DNA of 63,770 bases, the filler included, from Collodictyon triciliatum (Eukaryota), in the NCBI GenBank assembly GCA_043381765.1. It is 4 parts of 4 records of this genome, joined end to end, with 100 filler letters (N's around TTAATTAATTAA, not from the genome) between each part and the next. Parts side by side here need not be neighbours in the genome. Positions count along the whole stretch, not along the records: positions 56,624 to 63,770 come from JBHJMP010001405.1; 3 more parts are not named here. One strand, given 5' to 3'. Each line of letters starts with the position of its first letter. Position 1 is the stretch's first letter. Shown in pieces: positions 58,797 to 63,770 of this stretch. The translations under genes were made by a program, and so were the position numbers. The notes beneath the pieces are model-generated. The model worked only from the letters and a program-made list of their open reading frames with translations, was not told where the DNA came from and did no database searches.

Positions 58797-59667
58797 TAAC
58801 CATACTGAACAAATATGTGCGGAGGTCATAATTTAGACCTATGACCCACACGACTTGATTATCCCTTGAGCTCCTCGCCTCCAATGCTGAATCATAATTT
58901 TTGCCCCATCGCATCATTTCGTCCAAAGAACCGGGAAGTTGCTTGATAAATGGTCAGAAGAAATACAAACAACCATTGAAAACCATCCACCAGAAGTTAA
59001 ATAAAATTAAAACCGAAAAAGACTATTTCTTTTTGGTCGAATTATCCACCTGCGCATCTGTACAATAATTTAATTATAAAAATCAAAAAAAAAAAAGGAA
59101 AAAAAAGGAAAAAAAGGAAAAAAAGGAAAAAAAAAAAGAAAAAAGTAGAAGAAATAGAAGCGAAACATGATTGCCATCATAAGAGTATTCCTGTTGTATT
59201 TCTTTCGCCTTCCAGTATACATGTTGATTAGTTAACATCAGTTATGATTCGTGCGATTACTCCACCGATTATGGAGATGGGGACACAGACTATTTTGAGT
59301 TCATCAACAGCACGCGCAGCCAACAGCGGGGCGAGGAGGATCATCCGCTGGCGGGATATGCAGGCAACCAAATACCCATATTTTCCAGAACGGGAGAGGA
59401 GAAGGTACGCGCCGGGTCGAAGCGCAAGCAACAAAGCAGCCTTTGCAGGTGGCCAACAACGCTCGGAGTGGATTCCTTCTCCGCCCCAAAAGCAAAAAGA
59501 ACGCAGCCCCACAATAGTCTTTCTTCCCACGGACTAACGCACGAATCCCACAGGCCCATTATCATCGGCATTATCTCCTGAGTTTCTGCTGTTCCTGCCG
59601 CCACACACATACACACACATACACACACACACTCTTTCTTCTCTCTCTTTTCTCTGTTTCCTTCCCA

Positions 59668-62602
59668 ATGGGCGGATCGTGCTGCAAAGTACAAACAGAA
59701 GACTCGTCGGACTTTTCGAGGGGCCTTCAACCCGGCGCCTCATTCAAAGCAACAAACACAGCAGGGAGCCTCACTCCAGCTCAATTGCAAAAGTCACCGA
59801 AACGCTCGACTCAGGTGCGGGAGTCTGCTGAGCCTGATCGAGTCCAGCCACAGGGCCAAACAAAAGGTGCACTTGCTGTCAAGGACTCTTGCGAGGGGCC
59901 GAAAAAACTCGGCAATTCAGCTCCAGGGACTGAAGACCCTCAAAGGAGGCTGCCTGTCCAAGCAAAAAGTGAAGCAGAGCCCGCGCCTGTGCTGCCTGCG
60001 CCCGAGGAACTGTCTTTCGAAGCTGCTTCAGTATCGGGGAATAATCCCAGCTCGGCGGTTCTCAGTGAGTTTAAGGAGGAGGCGCTCACTGACTCGGTCG
60101 ATACTACTGCGGATGCGTGCATGCTGTTGGTTAACGAGGCAGACCATGAGGCAACATCCCACGGAGAAATAGACGAGACAACACAAAGGAATCCACACGA
60201 AAGGATGAACGCAGAGATGGTCTGTGACACACCTGTGGTCAGTGAAGCGCACGAAGGAAAGGCGAAATATGAACCTCGGATAATCGATTTGGAAGAGGAA
60301 GGCACAGCTTTGAATCAAGTCATGAGCCGAGTTGCCCATAATGAATTAGGAGAAGAAAAGCCAAGGGCACATAGTATGGGAGAACTACCACCTTCATCGA
60401 ATGTAAACATCAGGTATACGATAGGAATAAAGTCATACGTAAATCCATATACAGTGCTCGTCTAAAAGTATTGAAATATGCAGGATGATCGACTACGAGA
60501 TCCAAACGCGGGACCAGATTGGAACTGATATTGGAGATGTGGATATAGAGATTCAATCGATCCAGACTTCCCCTGCTAAACAACCACAACAAGAGGGATA
60601 TGTTGTTGAAGGTACAGTTGGTAAGTCTATTTTTTTTCAGACCAAATACCATTTCTTTTGATGCACTAAGAACGGATGATGATGATGATGATAAATGTGT
60701 CACAAATTCCATAGGTAATGCCAAAGAGTATATGAAGGAGGGCGATTTATGCAAATCTATCGAACCAAACCTCATATATATTGAAGAAAAAGCAAATATT
60801 CCGTCAAACAATAGTGGCGAAGAAATTCAAACAAAGACGCCCATACCTGATTCCGAACATAACCGAAACTCTACTTCAACCCTTGATGTTTCAGAAGACG
60901 TTTTAGCACAGGATGCGACCCTCAATGCTGAAAGTGAGACAAATTCCATGAGTGAAGAAAGGAACCATAGCAGAGAGGATATTGACTCCAACAAATCCTT
61001 GGATGGAAAATATCTACCAGGTCCTCATAATATTACCAAAATGGCATCAGAGCCATCTATCCAGCGCGAAATAAAGCCTTTTATTAGAACAATCAGTGGA
61101 AACACCCTGCCAACGAGGAGAGCAGGTGATCTCAATGAAAATATCTCCTCCAAACAACTCGACACTTATCCAGTTTATGTGTAAAGTTTTCTGTGTATTT
61201 TTTGCACATTTGTCCCAACAGTCAACGTATATAATCAAGTAAGTCTAAAAAATAGAAACAAAACACACACATATATTATACAGCAATATCCGATCAGCCT
61301 TCTAGAGACAATTACTTATTCTACGCTGGAAGGTCGGCTCTCATAATATTTAAATTGAACAATAGATGCACTGCTGCGGCATTTATTCATTACTATTACT
61401 AGTACTTGCTTATATATTATTCATTAATGCACCAATACACAGCATTCGCTCCCGCCCCAATGATATGCATATTGATGATATGCACTCAAAGTGGTGGAAA
61501 GATTATACGGCTTTGGAAGCGTCTCAAAAGTATTATATTTAATATCAATATTGTTCCAAATCCTTTTACTCCAAATCTGTTATATAATATCTCGACACAA
61601 AGCACTACCCATACATACATGCATACATACATACATACATACATACATACATACATACATACATACATACATACATACATACATACATACATACATACAT
61701 ACATACATACATACATACATACATACAGTTCGCTTATTTTTTTTGAATTCATTTTAATAACGTGCAGCTATTTATCCTGGCTATTCCCTGTTTTTGAAGA
61801 TAATGGAGGCAACCAAGATGCATCCGCGTTAGAAAGAGTTTGGCATTATATACCTTCAATAAATGCGATGTACAAATAATTAAACTTCCATATATTTTTA
61901 AAAGAAAAAATTAATTTGCTACAGCAAGAAGCTGAAGAAATGGCTCAGGATGTTGTCATTTGCGAGCGTTTCATTAAGTCGTACGAGTATGTCATTTTAC
62001 CCTATTAATTAGCATTCTTGGTAGGAAAGTCTAATATTAACATTTATTTAAGGATGATGCTTGGCTTCTTCGGCTTTTCGTTGGTGAATAAAAAAGACGG
62101 GAGTATAAAAAGATCTACGCAGTGGAAGGAAAGATTTGAAACCTTTGCAAAGAACAGACATAACGGTTTAGTTATAAGTGAGCTAACCATAGATAGTATG
62201 ATATCATATCACAATTGTGTTTTTTTTTTTTTTTTTTTAGGAAAAACCGATAAATGAAACATTCGATTTAAAAAAGAAAGATTAATTAACTCACGCAACT
62301 TAGGTAGGATATTGACAAGCATGGGTCACCTAGGTGATTAAAAAAATAAGGACAACATACTAATATGAAACCCCCTGTGTCTAATTAACACCAAGGGAAA
62401 GTAAACTTATCTAAGGTGAAGGCAATCGTGTCGAGTTTAATCACGTGTCTAATTCTCTACAGGTTTTGGAAAATACAAGAAGCCCTTCATGGATACGATG
62501 TACAAAGTAATTTTTGTGGACAAACACTTGGTGAAATGCAGAGGACATTACGACAGATTCTGGCTGGAGGCTGTGCAGAAGGAAAAGTATGTCTTGAGTT
62601 AA
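59668..62602 (+). CDS. OGFr-domain (opioid growth factor receptor conserved region) protein with MGGSCC acylation motif and long disordered acidic N-terminal region; multi-exon
   Basis: C-terminal exons read DNYLFYAG|..HIDDMHSKWWKDYTALE..|YLSWLFP..N.DA..L..|..ERFIKSYE|MMLGFFG..RSTQWKERF..RHN..RILTSMGHLG|F. The 3' end is either 62602 or, with one more intron, 62674. Confidence 0.78.
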
Positions 62603-62923
62603 GAAAATTAGCATCACATTGTAATAAATCGGATAATTTATTACAATTTTTTCTTGAAGGAGTGTATTACATAGATGGTTAATTATTATTTATACATTTA
62701 TTTATTTTAAATAAAAACAGTATCTATCACTTTGAATCGAATAAAGGGAAAAAACAAAAACAAAAACAAAACAGCATCAATCAATCAATCATGAAATGAA
62801 ATGAAATAACAATACTTTTAAATTAGCATGCCTGATGCTGTGGTCTTTAAGTAACAGAAGGAAAGAAAGCTCCAAGGACCAGTTTTGCTCCCTCCGCGCT
62901 TCAAATAAACCATGCAATATAAT

Positions 62924-63058
62924 GCAATACAATACAATACAATACAATACAATACAATACAATACAATACAATACAATACAATACAATACAATACAATAC
63001 AATACAATACAATACAATGCAAAACAAAACAAAACAATACAAAACAATACAATACAAT
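62924..63058. repeat. (CAATA)n pentanucleotide microsatellite
   Basis: Directly visible. Confidence 0.96.
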
Positions 63059-63497
63059 GCAAAGCACAGAAAAATGGCACAAATTAGTTAAGAAAATTAA
63101 AAAAAAATATGATGATCGCAACAATTTTGTCATCCCGATGACCAGAATAAAGAATTAACTCGCCACAATAAATAATCCCTGGAGCTCAAATCATCAACGC
63201 CCAATATTTTCCACTATTTTTTTTTCATTTCGCATTATAAATGGAAGATAATAACAAACCACTGGAATCATGGGCTTTGTTTCTGCTTCTGCTTCTGTTT
63301 ATGCTTATGTTACTGCTTCTGCTTCTGTTTATGCTTATGTTACTGCTTCTGCTTCTGTTCTGTTTTGTGCCTTCAATTAACAATATATATGCACCTCTTC
63401 CTTTGTATCCTTTCTACAAACCTTTGACCCTATAGCTTGTCTGACGTGCTCTTTTGTGTCTACAGCTGTGGTATATTTTAGCCTAGCACATAGTGCC

Positions 63498-63561
63498 ATG
63501 AACAAATTCGCACCATTGCTAGTGTTCATTCTACTTGGCTTTCAATCCTCCTCGTCGATCG
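63498..63561 (+). CDS. Possible first exon of a secreted protein (signal peptide)
   Basis: GCCATG start, MNKFAPLLVFILLGFQSSSSI, then a gtaac donor. The rest of the gene lies outside the window. Confidence 0.4.
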
Positions 63562-63693
63562 GTAACATTTATTCAGAGCTACTCTCTTTTTTCGAGTGTC
63601 TATCCCGACATTTATTTCCTATACTAGGAGTATCTCAACAATTTATACAAAGTATATTGCGCAATAATTATGAACATTGTGATGATTTATCAC

Positions 63694-63731
<38 letters not shown>

Positions 63732-63770
63732 ACAAAAAACCATAAAATAGGGAAAAAAACCACAAAAAAC

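Noticed and set aside
59228-59743. Overlapping short ORFs upstream of the OGFr-like gene
   Set aside because: No recognisable motifs or splice support; may be GC-richer promoter or UTR sequence.

Overview
AT-rich, intron-rich nuclear DNA from a flagellated eukaryote (probably a protist; standard genetic code; GT-AG introns with weak, often A-rich splice signals). The window is not one locus. Three N-padded TTAATTAATTAA linkers (18866, 37721, 56568) join four scaffolds of about 18.8 kb each (the last is cut off by the window end), so adjacency across linkers carries no meaning. Scaffold 1 has a GC-rich intronless E2 (UBC) gene, a giant acidic repeat protein ending in an Rdx/SelW-like domain, a phospholipase/carboxylesterase, a VIT/vWA-like gene and a decayed coding relic. 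Scaffold 2 has an axonemal dynein heavy chain (outer-arm gamma-like, divergent motor, one 10.35-kb exon) and the 3' half of an LMBRD1-like gene. Scaffold 3 has a 30-bp TATA-containing tandem array followed by tRNA-Thr(CGT), an NHL-repeat gene, an alpha-arrestin, a decayed Fanzor (eukaryotic TnpB) element with a well-folded putative omegaRNA and Helitron-like ends, an LRR + Rdx-like gene, tRNA-His(GTG), a UCP-like mitochondrial carrier, a RIO1 pseudogene and an unknown membrane protein. Scaffold 4 has the 3' part of a Tubby-like gene and a dually acylated OGFr-domain protein. The best leads are the Fanzor/omegaRNA relic and a Sec-free EHCxxCxxH..RH Rdx-like domain found on two unrelated proteins. 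All calls come from reading motifs by eye; no searches were run.
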